A DNA stretch of 63,842 bases, filler included, from Nanobdellota archaeon (GTDB taxonomy: Archaea > Nanobdellota > Nanobdellia > B33-G15): the NCBI GenBank assembly GCA_003660925.1. It is 3 parts of 3 records of this genome, joined end to end, with 100 filler letters (N's around TTAATTAATTAA, not from the genome) between each part and the next. Parts side by side here need not be neighbours in the genome. Positions count along the whole stretch, not along the records: positions 24,957 to 49,588 come from QMVD01000003.1; positions 49,689 to 63,842 come from QMVD01000012.1; 1 more part is not named here. One strand, 5' to 3'. A program made the translations under genes and the position numbers. Below the pieces are notes generated by a model. The model saw only the letters and a program-made list of their open reading frames with translations, made no database searches and was not told the DNA's origin. The stretch's first letter is position 1. Each line of letters opens with the position of its first letter. Positions 46,978 through 58,600 of this stretch are shown here, in pieces.

Positions 46978-47594
46978 AGTCCGAGCATGAGTTTGTAAAA
47001 TAAAAACAATATGGGCTGATGGATCAAATAAATGGTCAGGGAGTGTCTTCCCATCTTTGCGATCAGGTCTAACTCTTTCAAGATGATGTTGTTCTTTGTT
47101 AGATACTCAGAAACATACTCTCCAAAATATAAACCAAAGAAGTAAACACTTAGCCAAGGGATAAGTGGGTAGTAATCCAAAGAACAGAAGTTAGGGTGCT
47201 TCACGAAGGGGCTCAAGGCCAGGACGAAAAAGGCAGCGAGCAAGTTCCATTTCCCCTTATCTAGGAAGAAGTAGACTATGGGGGTGGAGAAGGCGAAGAA
47301 GTGGAGGATGCCGAACTTCACGAAACAGTTGGGGTAAAACAGGAAGGTGACCCCTGAGATCAACAGGGCGTAGGAAAAGAGTTTCAAGAACCTCTTCGCG
47401 AACTTTTTCGCGTCCTTTTTCGAGTTATATAGGGCGAGCCCTGAAATGAAGATGAAGGAGAAGCCGATGGGGTAGGCGAGGGAAGAGTAATTGAACTCCT
47501 GACCAGTCAAGAAGTAGTAATCGAAGGTGGCGTGGAATATTATCATGGCGATCACCGCTATCCCTCTGGAGAAGTCGATGAGCCAGAGCCTCAT
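46974..47594 (-). CDS. DUF1624/HGSNAT-like membrane acyltransferase
   Basis: IDFSRGIAVIAMIIFH, FGILH, DYYPLIPW, GRHSL.IYL.HQP. Confidence 0.85.
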   Translation of the reverse strand: MRLWLIDFSRGIAVIAMIIFHATFDYYFLTGQEFNYSSLAYPIGFSFIFISGLALYNSKKDAKKFAKRFLKLFSYALLISGVTFLFYPNCFVKFGILHFFAFSTPIVYFFLDKGKWNLLAAFFVLALSPFVKHPNFCSLDYYPLIPWLSVYFFGLYFGEYVSEYLTKNNIILKELDLIAKMGRHSLTIYLIHQPILFLFYKLMLGL

Positions 47595-47635
47595 GTCAGG
47601 AAAACGTTTTAAAACCTCATAAAACTTGCCATCTC

Positions 47636-48733
47636 ATGCATTTCTTCCTCCACCTAACGACGAGGTGTGACCTTAATTGTAAGTATTGTGCCCAAGAAGC
47701 TCTGGAGGACCTGAAATTCGGGAAGAGGAGGTGGGAGTTGGATTATCCTCCTCCTGAGGTTTCTTATGAGGTGAGAGACTTGAAGGGGTTCCTGGAAAAG
47801 GATGATGACCCTTGGGTAATCTTCTATGGAGGAGAACCTCTCTTGAGGACGGATTTGATAAAAGAGATTATGGATGAGATAAGAGCCAACTACATCATCC
47901 AGACGAACGGGATGAGGTTAGAAGAGTTGGGAGACTACGTGAGGAGGTTTCACACCATCATCCTTTCCATAGATGGTAAGAAGGAGACCACGGACTATTT
48001 CAGGGGAAGAGGGGTTTACGATAAGGTCATCAAGTCAGCGAGGTGGGCGAGGGAGATGGGATTCAAAGGAGAGCTCATAGCCAGGATGACGGTTATGGAA
48101 CCTGTGGACGTTAAAGAAGAGGTGCTTCATCTGTTAAATTTGGGCCTCTTCGATTCGGTTCACTGGCAATTGAATGCCCTCTTCTGGGAAGATCTCGAGA
48201 GGAGAAATTTCAAGGAGTGGTTGAAAGATTATAACAAAGGGGTCAGAGAGCTCATAAACTTGTGGGTGGAAAACATGAAGAAAGGAAAGGTGTGGCGCAT
48301 CTATCCTTTTTTGGGTGTCATGGACTCCCTCTTGAGAGATGAACCTTCCCTCTTAAGGTGTGGCGCGGGCTGGGCCCAATATGCCATCCTCACCGATGGG
48401 AACATCTCTCCTTGCGTCGCCATGGCTGGGATGAAGGAGTATTATGTGGGGAACATATGGGAATCGGATCCCAAGAACTTGAAAAAGGTGTTAGTGGGGG
48501 AACCCTGCACTTCTTGTGACATTTATCCCCTTTGCGGGGGAAGATGTCTCTTCGCTAACAAGACGAAGCTTTGGGGGGAGGAGGGATTCAAACTGGTTTG
48601 CACGAGCATCCGTAACTTAATTTCCTCCCTTCAGGAGAAACTACCCGAAGTGAGGTCCTTGATTCAGGAGGGGAAGATAAAACTCTCGCACCTTAACTAT
48701 CACAAATTCAATTCTTGTGAGATCATTCCCTAA
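47636..48733 (+). CDS. Radical SAM/SPASM protein (AF0577-like)
   Basis: CDLNCKYC, FYGGEP, CGAG...DG.ISPC, CTSC...CGGRC, ends SCEIIP. Confidence 0.85.
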   Translation: MHFFLHLTTRCDLNCKYCAQEALEDLKFGKRRWELDYPPPEVSYEVRDLKGFLEKDDDPWVIFYGGEPLLRTDLIKEIMDEIRANYIIQTNGMRLEELGDYVRRFHTIILSIDGKKETTDYFRGRGVYDKVIKSARWAREMGFKGELIARMTVMEPVDVKEEVLHLLNLGLFDSVHWQLNALFWEDLERRNFKEWLKDYNKGVRELINLWVENMKKGKVWRIYPFLGVMDSLLRDEPSLLRCGAGWAQYAILTDGNISPCVAMAGMKEYYVGNIWESDPKNLKKVLVGEPCTSCDIYPLCGGRCLFANKTKLWGEEGFKLVCTSIRNLISSLQEKLPEVRSLIQEGKIKLSHLNYHKFNSCEIIP

Positions 48734-48764
48734 AGTATAAAACCTCTGAGAGAGATTAAACTTA

Positions 48765-49475
48765 ATGCTAGCCAGATGTTATGATGTGGCTTTTAGCTAC
48801 AGGAATTTTAAGAGGGAAGTCTCCTTAATCGAAAATATCTTCAAGAAGCACTCGAGGAGGAAAGTGAGGAAGATCCTGGACGTGGGGTGCGGGACTGGGA
48901 GGCACGCGGAAGTTTTCGTGAAGAGGGGTTATGAGGTTGTTGGAATAGATAAGTCAAAGGAGATGATAAAGCTCGCTGAGGAGAGGGTTCCCAATGCCAG
49001 GTTTAGGGTCATGGACATGAGGAAGATCACCTTGAGGGAGAAGTTCGACGGAGCCATATGCATGCTTAACACCTTCGCTTACTTGTTGAAGAACCAAGAG
49101 ATAATCTCTCACCTGAGATCCATGAGGAAAGTTCTGAGAGGACCTTACGTCGTGGAGTTGGCGAACCCCTATGATTGGTTGTTGGTCAGAAGGAGGACGA
49201 AGATAAATGAGTGGGACATGGAGGAAGATGGCTTCCAAGTGATCACTTCCTACATTCAATATCCTCCCAAGGGCCTTGAACAAGTAGTCCCTTGGGAGCT
49301 GAGGTTCAATGCGAGAGGAAAGGTGATCACGCAGAAGCACCTCTCCCGCATGCTATTTCCAAGGGAGTTGGAGCTACTCTCTCAGATCACCGGATTTAAA
49401 GTGAACTTCTATGGCTCCTTATCCATGACCCCGTTCAACGTGAACTCGAAGAGATTGGTGGCAGTGTTCTCATAA
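48765..49475 (+). CDS. Class I SAM-dependent methyltransferase
   Basis: ILDVGCGTGRH, GIDKS.EM, DMR, FDGAIC. Confidence 0.9.
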   Translation: MLARCYDVAFSYRNFKREVSLIENIFKKHSRRKVRKILDVGCGTGRHAEVFVKRGYEVVGIDKSKEMIKLAEERVPNARFRVMDMRKITLREKFDGAICMLNTFAYLLKNQEIISHLRSMRKVLRGPYVVELANPYDWLLVRRRTKINEWDMEEDGFQVITSYIQYPPKGLEQVVPWELRFNARGKVITQKHLSRMLFPRELELLSQITGFKVNFYGSLSMTPFNVNSKRLVAVFS

Positions 49476-49507
49476 AGGTAATAAACCCCCTCCGCTTAGA
49501 TTTCTTC

Positions 49508-49588
49508 ATGTTCCAACTCCTGCTGGGTGTGGTAATTGGGATGGTGCTCTCCTTTCTCCTCCTCAAGTTCCTGATCTTCCCCTACTGG
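49508..49588 (+). CDS. 5' fragment of a membrane protein, cut by the spacer
   Basis: MFQLLLGVVIGMVLSFLLLKFLIFPYW... Confidence 0.5.
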
Positions 49589-49688
49589 NNNNNNNNNNNN
49601 NNNNNNNNNNNNNNNNNNNNNNNNNNNNNNNNTTAATTAATTAANNNNNNNNNNNNNNNNNNNNNNNNNNNNNNNNNNNNNNNNNNNN
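49589..49688. other. Artificial contig-joining spacer
   Basis: N44 + TTAATTAATTAA + N44. Confidence 0.97.
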
Positions 49689-52600
49689 ACCCTTACCATA
49701 TGGGGAACCATCACCAACTACTTGGAGGAGCCGATAAACAACGTGACTTTGAAGGGATACAACATAACCATAAGGTCCAACCTCACATCAGATTGTCCGT
49801 CTGAAGTGTTGTCATCTGCCACCGTTAATTACACCATGATTCACGTGGATACCGGAGCACCTTTCTACTGCGCACCCATAAACGATGAAGGGAATGGTTA
49901 CTACAACTGCACCTTCAACACCTCGGACATGCCAGCTAAGTGGTACGACTTGAGGATAAATTCCTCCAAGGAATATTACATCAATGAGTCCACACTGTTC
50001 ACCAACTCCTTCTTCATAGAGACAGAACCGGAACTGAGCAATGTCAAGGTGGACCCAGAGAGCATGAGTGCTGGTTACTCCTATCCGTGGCAGTTCAACG
50101 TGACGGTCTATGATGAGGATAATGATACGGTCACGGTTTACTTCTGGCTGAAAAAAGAAGGGGACACTTGGACCTCCCCTGCTGACTCGAAGACCGTGAA
50201 AGGAGCGAACAACGAGACCGTGTCATTTACTTACACCTTCTCCTGCTCTGACATTGGGAACTGGAACTTCAAGTTCACCGCAGAGGACGATCCCAACTCC
50301 CCGTTGTTGGGCGGAAATAAGTACAATGACTCCACCATCGTCTACAACATAACTGTGGAGAGGAATCCTATAGAGATAATCCTCATAGAAGGAAATAATA
50401 GTCACGTGAACAGAATAGGTTCTGAATCACAGGATTATAAAGTGCAGATAAGGGATGCGGCCACCCAAGAGTTAGTGAGTGGGGTCACAGCGTACTTGTA
50501 CATGACCAAGAACCACACGGATTTCGAGCAAATCGATTTCAAGATAACTGATACTGGTGGATATGCAAACTTCACCGTCGACCCCGATTGTACCTATGAG
50601 GTAGGAAAACAGCTATGGCGCGTAGTAGCGTCAGAAGGAACTTGCACCTACGGGGGTAACTCCAGTGATTACACCACCTTCATACACTCTAACTTGATAT
50701 CTGAATTGGAACAGCCTAGGGAACAAAGCTTTTTGAGAGGGGCGGATGATGTGTTCTTGAGAGGAAACGTGACAGATCTGGAGTGCGGTTACGTCACAGA
50801 TGCTACAGTTAAGTTCACGGCTTGGGATGGAAGTACGATGGAGTGCACTAATGTGAAGAATGAGTCCAATGGTTATTATAACTGCACCATCTTAGCAGCG
50901 GACACAGATACAATGGATTATGGGTGGTACAACGTCACCATGAACGCGAGCAGAGCCTATTACAACAATTATTTATATACATACAATCATTCCTTCTTCC
51001 TGGCGTCCAGACCCCTGCTCACGAGCCCCTCCGTCAGCCCAACGACAGAGGGTTGGGGAAAGGAATTCAACTTCTCGGTGGAAGTGACTGATTTGGATGG
51101 GAATTTCGTGAACGTGAGCTTCTGGTACTCCAGGAAACCCGATGGGCCGTGGATATATGGAGGGAGCAATAATTGTACTGGTTGTTCCTACACGAAGCTC
51201 ATATTCCCGAAGGGGGACTTCACTTGCGATGACATAGGAGACTGGTATTACTTCTTCAATGCCACGGACGAGTTCGGTTACACAGCAAACACTTCGGTCC
51301 AAAGTCTGACCATCCAAAAAGATGACGTGGAGGTGCTTTATGTCGACTACTATCCGCTGACCGTGGACAGGGATGGGCCTTACAACCTCACTACCATAAC
51401 TAAGGTGAGAGATCTGGACAGGAGCCAGAGGTATGGATATGACGTGTACGTGGAGGAGAACGTCTCGGGTAAGTTGTGGGTTACCACAGACGGGAGCACT
51501 TGGGACTCTGGGACCAACATAATCACCAACGCTTCCGGTTACTTCGTTGCCCTCTTCGACCCCGTCTGCGGGTACGATGTCGGACAACAATATTGGAAGT
51601 CAGGAGTGTTCAACGATACTTGTTACAAGGACGCCAACATCTCCATTTCCTACCCATTCAACATAAGGGGGCAGCTGAAGATCAACTTGACCTATCCAGA
51701 GTTTAATCAAACGATTCCGGTAGGGCAGTTAGTCAACTTTTCCTTCGATGTGTTCACTGACTGTCCCCAGGATGGCTTCATCTCTGGAGCGACCACGAGC
51801 CTTGACCTAACCGCACCAGACGGCACTAGTGAGTCCCATGATGGAGTTGATATAGGAAACGGAACCTACTACTACGAGTGGAACACCTCAAAGAAGCAAG
51901 GAGGCTACTGGAACATAACAGTGAACGCGAGTTACACATCTGATTGGAATTCCAACTCCACCCTATACGTCAACTGGATATATTTGAAGAACACGCCCCC
52001 GAACATAACCTACATGAACTTCACGCCCACCGAAGCCGGATGGGGAGATGTGTTCACTTATGAAGTAGGAGTAAATGACTTGCAGAACGATAATGTCACT
52101 TGCACGCTCTTCGTCTCTAAAGACAACTCGACGTGGGTGCCGAAAGGGAATGACACCGTGATAAATGGTGTGGGGACCTGTCAGGTGAATGTGACAGACT
52201 TCACTTGTGATTGGATAGGAGCCACTTACTTCATGTGGCAGATAGATGACGGGACGCTGGAGAACCTCTTCAACACCACTGGAGAGTATGGTCCGAACTT
52301 GACGGCAGATGTGATAACCATCTTCCACATCTCAGGAGATGGCCTTCCCGTGAACAGGTCTGGTACCTCTTACACGACCTTGAAGGTGAGGATTTACGAC
52401 AACTCCTCCGATTCCTACGTGCCAGCGGACGTGAATGCTTCCTTCTGGGTGACCACGAACCAGAGCAACTGGGGACCTGGAAACTTTACCCAGACGGATG
52501 ACGATGGGTACCTCACTTACTACTTCGACCCCGGCTGTACTCCACTCTATGAAAAGGGACTCCAGTGGTGGAAAGTAAACGTGAGCGATGCTTGTTACCA

Positions 52601-55600
52601 GAACATCAATTCCGATAATTTCACGCTCTATATCATAGCGGACCTCGTCAATTCCATAACCCAACCTAACGGAGAGGACTACCTCAGAGGATCGTCGATA
52701 CCTTTGAGAGGTCATGTGACAGACGACTGTGACCAAGCAGTTGAGGACGCCGACGTGCACTTCAACGTGACCAATGAAAATGGTCAAGAGTTCTCCTGTA
52801 GCCCAACAGTTAACTATGGGCTCGGGGACTACGGTTGTGATTGGGACTCCACGGGAAAGCCGGCCAGGTGGTACAATATCACCATGTTTTCCAATGGGAC
52901 TAACATGAATCCTTCCCTTGTGATAGGAGAGGATAAGTTCTTCATAGAGACGAAACCAGAATTGTTTAATCACAGTGTGAGTCCCGAAGAAGGGGGTTGG
53001 GGAGAGTTATTTAACTTCACGGTCATCCTTGACGACGAAGACCTAGATAATGTCACTGTTAGGGTTTGGATAAGGGAACAAGGTTCTTCGTCTTGGACGA
53101 AGGCCAATGAGACTTATGTGGTTGCCCCAGTGAATGAGACCATTTCCTTGACCTACAGAGGGTTTGATGGCTCCGACATAGGGGTTTGGGAATTTTACTT
53201 CGAGGCCATAGACAACAGGAGTTACACCAACACCACTTCTGTCAAACAATTCAACGTGACTAAAGATGAAGTCGTATTTGAGATGATCTCAGGGGATGGC
53301 TCTGAAGTTTGGAGGGATATACCTTCAAATTATACCACTCTTAAGGTTAGAGTGTATGACGTGGACAAAGAGGAATACCTACCCTCTTCCCAGAACATTT
53401 ACTTCTGGGTCACCAAGGACGGCAGTACTTGGGACTCTGGGACCTTGAAGGTCACGGATTCGGACGGTTATGCCGCGTTCAACTTCACTCCAACCTGTGA
53501 CTATGAGGTCATGCAGCAAAAGTGGAAGGCAGGGACTCTTGGAAACCCCTACTACGAAGACACTAACTCTACTAACTACACCTTACACATCTGGTCTCAC
53601 TTTAGGCCCTACATCCTAGAACCAGACAACATATCCATCTTAAGTGGGAATGATTTGTTCATAAGGGCCAACTTGACGGATAATTGTGGTGGAGTGGAGA
53701 ATCCCGACTCGATCACCATAGCGGTAGAGAAAGGGACATACACCTCTTATTGTACGCCCATAAACGAGGAAGGAGGGGGATTCTACAACTGTACTTGGTC
53801 CACTTCTGGAAGGTCTTTGAGGTGGTGGAACATAACCCTCTCCGCATCAAAATCCCACTACGTGGACAACTCCACCCTTAAGGAAAACGCGTTCTTCATA
53901 GCCACCAAACCCGAGTTGAGCAACCCGAGCGTGGACCCCACGCTTGGAGGGTGGGGGGAGAACTTCCACTTCGTAGTTTACCTCACGGACAGGGATTATA
54001 CCCCAGTCAATGTGAGCCTGTGGAAGAGGAAGTATGGAGAGACCGAGTGGACCTACTTGGACTCTCAGATTTCCTCTGGGGTGAGCATAGAGGTGCCATT
54101 CGACTTGAGCTTCCTCTGTTCGGATATAGGTGTGAACGAGTACAAGTTCAACGCCACTGATAGTTGCGAGACGTCGGACGGTTGTGGTTACACCAACGAG
54201 TCCATAATCCTGAACTTCACCATTGAAAAGGACAATGTGACGTTGACCAAGACTTATGGAGATGGGGCAACGGTCACCAGAGGGACATCCCAAAAGTTCG
54301 AAGTGAGGATATACGATGCGGATATAGGGGATTACGTGGGAGGGGACGTGAATTGCTCTTTCTGGATAACGGAAGACGGGACGAACTATTCGGTCGTACT
54401 GAACACGACCTCTAACACAGATGGTTACTGTGCCGTCTTCTACACCCCCGACTGTAACACCTCGGTTGGACCTCAAAAGTGGGTGGGAGGGGTCTTCAAC
54501 GATGAATGTTATGATTCGGAGAACAGCACGGAAGGGAGCTGGACAGCCCTCGGGAGCTTGAAGGTCACTATCCTGAGCCCAGCGAATGAGACCTCGGTAG
54601 GTAAGTGGCAAACTCTGTGGTTCAACTCAACGGTCAACGATTCCTTGTGCGATTACTACGTGAACGATGGGAGCGTGACGTGGTACAATGAATCTGATGA
54701 CGTCCTCGCTACTGGTTACAACACCACTTGGACAGTGCCAGGAGATTACAAGACAGGGCCCACTTACATAAGAGCCTATGCTTCTAGGCAGTACTACAAC
54801 CCCGGGACGAGCGAAGAGATAACCTTGTACATATACAGTTGGAGCTACGTGGGAGAGATGGAACCCCCCAATGGCTCGACCTATTTAGCGGGAGACATAG
54901 TCCCCGTGAGTTGTATGGTGAGGGACGCCTCCTCGGGACAAGGGATCTACAACTACGAGGTGAAGTTCTACAAGGACGGCGTGTGGCAATTCACGGATTA
55001 CACCGATGAAACGGGCAAGGCTTCATGGGCATGGGACACTTCCGACGAGAGCGCTGGTTATTACAACATCTCATGTAACATAACTGATGATGATGCTAAG
55101 TACTACTTCGCCTCCGAGAACAACACGAATTTCACCATTGTGAGGATAAAGAGACCCCTTATCCTGACGGACATCATCGTGGAACCGAGCACTATTTACA
55201 GGAACGATTCCTTCGCGCCCTATCAGGCCAATATCACTGTGCACGTGAACGATGCCAATGTGGGAGACGCTGAGAATGCGACCGTCTGGTTCTACAACCA
55301 GTCCGGATACCTCTTCGATAATTGCACCACTAATGCCACTGGTTGGTGCACCGGCATTTACAACCCTCAGGACGACATCCTCCCAGGGGTCTACACGATC
55401 TACATAAATGCCACTAAGTCCGGACAAGATCCATCTTCCACGAATACAACCCAAGTGACCGTGAAAGGAAAGATATTCATTACCATCACGAGCCCCGAAG
55501 AGAACTCAACCTGGTCCAAAGAGGACACCATACCTTTAACGGCCCAAGTTAAGGATGAGAACAACCAACAGGTCTCTGCCACGGTTGAATGGTTCGACCA

Positions 55601-58600
55601 GTTCAACCAGAAGATCGCTGAGGGCGTGAGCACCACCTGGAATCCTAAAGATGCCATCCCGGGGTATCAGAACATATCCGCGAAGGCCACGAGGACTTAT
55701 TATGATACGGGAGAAGATGTGATCTGGATAACCATAAACTCCATCGCAGACGTCTATATGTATGAGCCCATTGATGGGAACGTTTATCCATATCCTGACA
55801 ACATAACCATAAGGTGCAAGGTGGAGGACTCCTATTCATTTGAGGGAATCGCCAATTACACGGTTGATATCTGGTACAACAGGACGCCTACGGAGATCTA
55901 TCACATAGTCACCTTGAATACCTCAGCGGATGGATTCGTACAATACAACTGGACACCAGATGATAAGGGAAACACCACCTTTATGTGTAACATCACAGAT
56001 GACCCAGCGAAATATTATGAGGCAGGTAAGAAGGAAGATTCGGTTATGGTATGGGTGAAGGACACGAGGCCACCTTGGTTCGAGGACCCGTTGATCACGC
56101 CGAATCAGAGCATAGAGGCGAACAAGGACCAAGTTAAGATAAACGTCACGGTCTGGGACAATTATGGCATCCAAGAGGTCAAGGCGATTATCGGGCTACC
56201 GAATGGCAGTTTTGAGAACCTCACCATGGGATACCTGGGGACGTGGCCCAACAAGACGGGAGCTTATCAAGTGTTCTATGCACCCTACATGGACGGAGAA
56301 CACAATGTCACCATATGGGCGATGGACAGGGCGCCAGAAAATAACACGAACACGACCTTCGCCGGTTACTTCTACGTGTGGGGAAAAACCTATGGAAAGG
56401 TGACTCAACTAAGTTACATAGAAGTACCCAACATAACCCAGGAGGATAGTTTCTCCTTCGACCTCGTGATCAATTTCACCAACATAGGATTCATCACCGC
56501 CTACAACACGGTACTGAACGTCACGGAGAGCACGGGCTACGTGGTTTTCAATACCACCACTCGGAATTGCGGGGACGTGGGAGTAAATGAGAGCTGTGTT
56601 TGGCCCGTCAGGGTGACGGTCCTAGAAGGTACCCCACACATGTTGATAGAAGTCTACGGGTACGCGAAATGGGATAACGCGGATGGGACAACCGGAATAA
56701 CTTATAACATAACCAGGATAAACGTGGCATCCAATCCCGAGATCAGGATAAGGACACCACTAGATCTGACCATATGGCACGGGAATTCCACGACTCAAGC
56801 CATAATCGTGGAATCCTACGGAAACGACTACGTCAAGGACATAAACTTACTCGTGGAGGGAGGGAACCTTTCGGTGGGTTGTCCTGGTTGCACCGTGGAC
56901 TTCGATCCAGAGGTCTGGGGAGTGTTGGATGCTGGCAAGAACTTCACCTCCTTGGTCACCATAAACATCCCCTATGGTCAGGCCCCAGGCTTCTACTGGA
57001 CTTACACCGCTGCCAACACGAGCAACGCGGGTGTCAACTACCAGTGGTTGAACATAACGATCCCGGTTGACATGAACTGGACCATAAGCCCGACGGACTT
57101 TGGGACAGTTCTATTACCAGTTAACACCTCCGGGAGGCTAGGACAGCTGAATCTGACCAACGTCGGGAACGTCAAGATGTGGTATCACGTCTATAGGAGC
57201 GAGAATGGCTCCCAATTCGTGTCAGAGATAAAGCCCGATTACCTCTCCGCTGAACCGACCGCCTCGAGGCTGATAAACCTGAGTTACATAGCTCCAATAG
57301 ACGCGACGAGAGGCATGTACCTCTTGGAGATAAGGGTGGAAGAGAACAGCACCTTCGCCACGAAGACGGCATATATGTGGCTGAACGTTTCCAACCCCCC
57401 ACCCACCATACAGAATTTCACCTTGAGCTCCCACTTCATAGAGAACGGGTATGAGAACCTCACCATAAGCGCGAACGTCACGGACAACTTAGCAGTGAGC
57501 TTAGTCTGGACTAACATAACCGATCCGGATAATTACACCATTCAGACCTTCCTGAACGGGACGAACGATATATACACTCAAACATTCTCACCGAATAAAA
57601 CGGGCAACTATACCATCCTTCTCTGCGCCAACGACACGGAGAATGTGGTGGGTTGCGTCTCCGACATCTTCGAAGTGGTGGACGTCACCAACATAACCAT
57701 CATCTCCTACTCTGATACGGTCATAACTGGCGTCACCGCTTATGAGAGCAGGAACGCTACAGTGCTGTTCACCATAAACAACACAGGACACGCTAGAGGG
57801 TTCTACGTGAACGTGACCTTTGGGTTACCTGAGAACTGGACCGCCACTCCAGACGTATTCTACTACGGGACAGTCCTGAGAGGAACCTCTATAAGCAACA
57901 CGACAGTGATAACCGTCCCAGCAGGAACCTCTGACGGTAACTACACGGTGAACTTGACGGTCACTTGGACCAACATAAATGGAAGTGTTTGGAACGACAC
58001 GACGACCATAATCTTTGAGATAAAACCATATCCCATCCTCGAGATATATGAAGACGTGATAAACGTGTTCGCAAATGGCCTCACGGTCAATCAGACTTTC
58101 CACATAAACTCGACTGGGAGTGAGCCCCTGAACAATATAACCTTCACCTGCCTCACTGGAGATGTCTGTAACTTCTCCCCCGCGTTCTATCCTTCACTCA
58201 TTCCTCAGCTCAACGTGACGGAGAGCATGGAAGTTAACCTGAGCGTGAGCCCAACACCTCATCATCCCATAGGGACGGTCACGGGATATATAGAAGCGAG
58301 GTCCGCAGAAGACGCATACGATGTGGCCTTGGTTAATGTTACTGTGGCTCCTAACTGGGAACACAACACCTCGTGGATGTATAAGAAAGTAGCACAAGGA
58401 AACAGCGGTACAGTGGGGTGGGTCACAGTAAACAACACCGGGGCACCCGACCTGGTCCTTTTAGTGAACACTTCTGAATACTTGAGTTCTGATGTGAGCT
58501 CCTTGTTCATTCCCTACAATGGAACGGGCCAGGTCGAGGTGCTCTATCATGCTCCTGAAACTACCGTCAGGGCAAACCACACCCAATACCTCTTCACCTT

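Noticed and set aside
49508..49721. Hydrophobic ORF start as the signal peptide of the giant protein
   Set aside because: Separated by the artificial spacer, and the giant ORF resumes mid-repeat, so much more sequence is missing.
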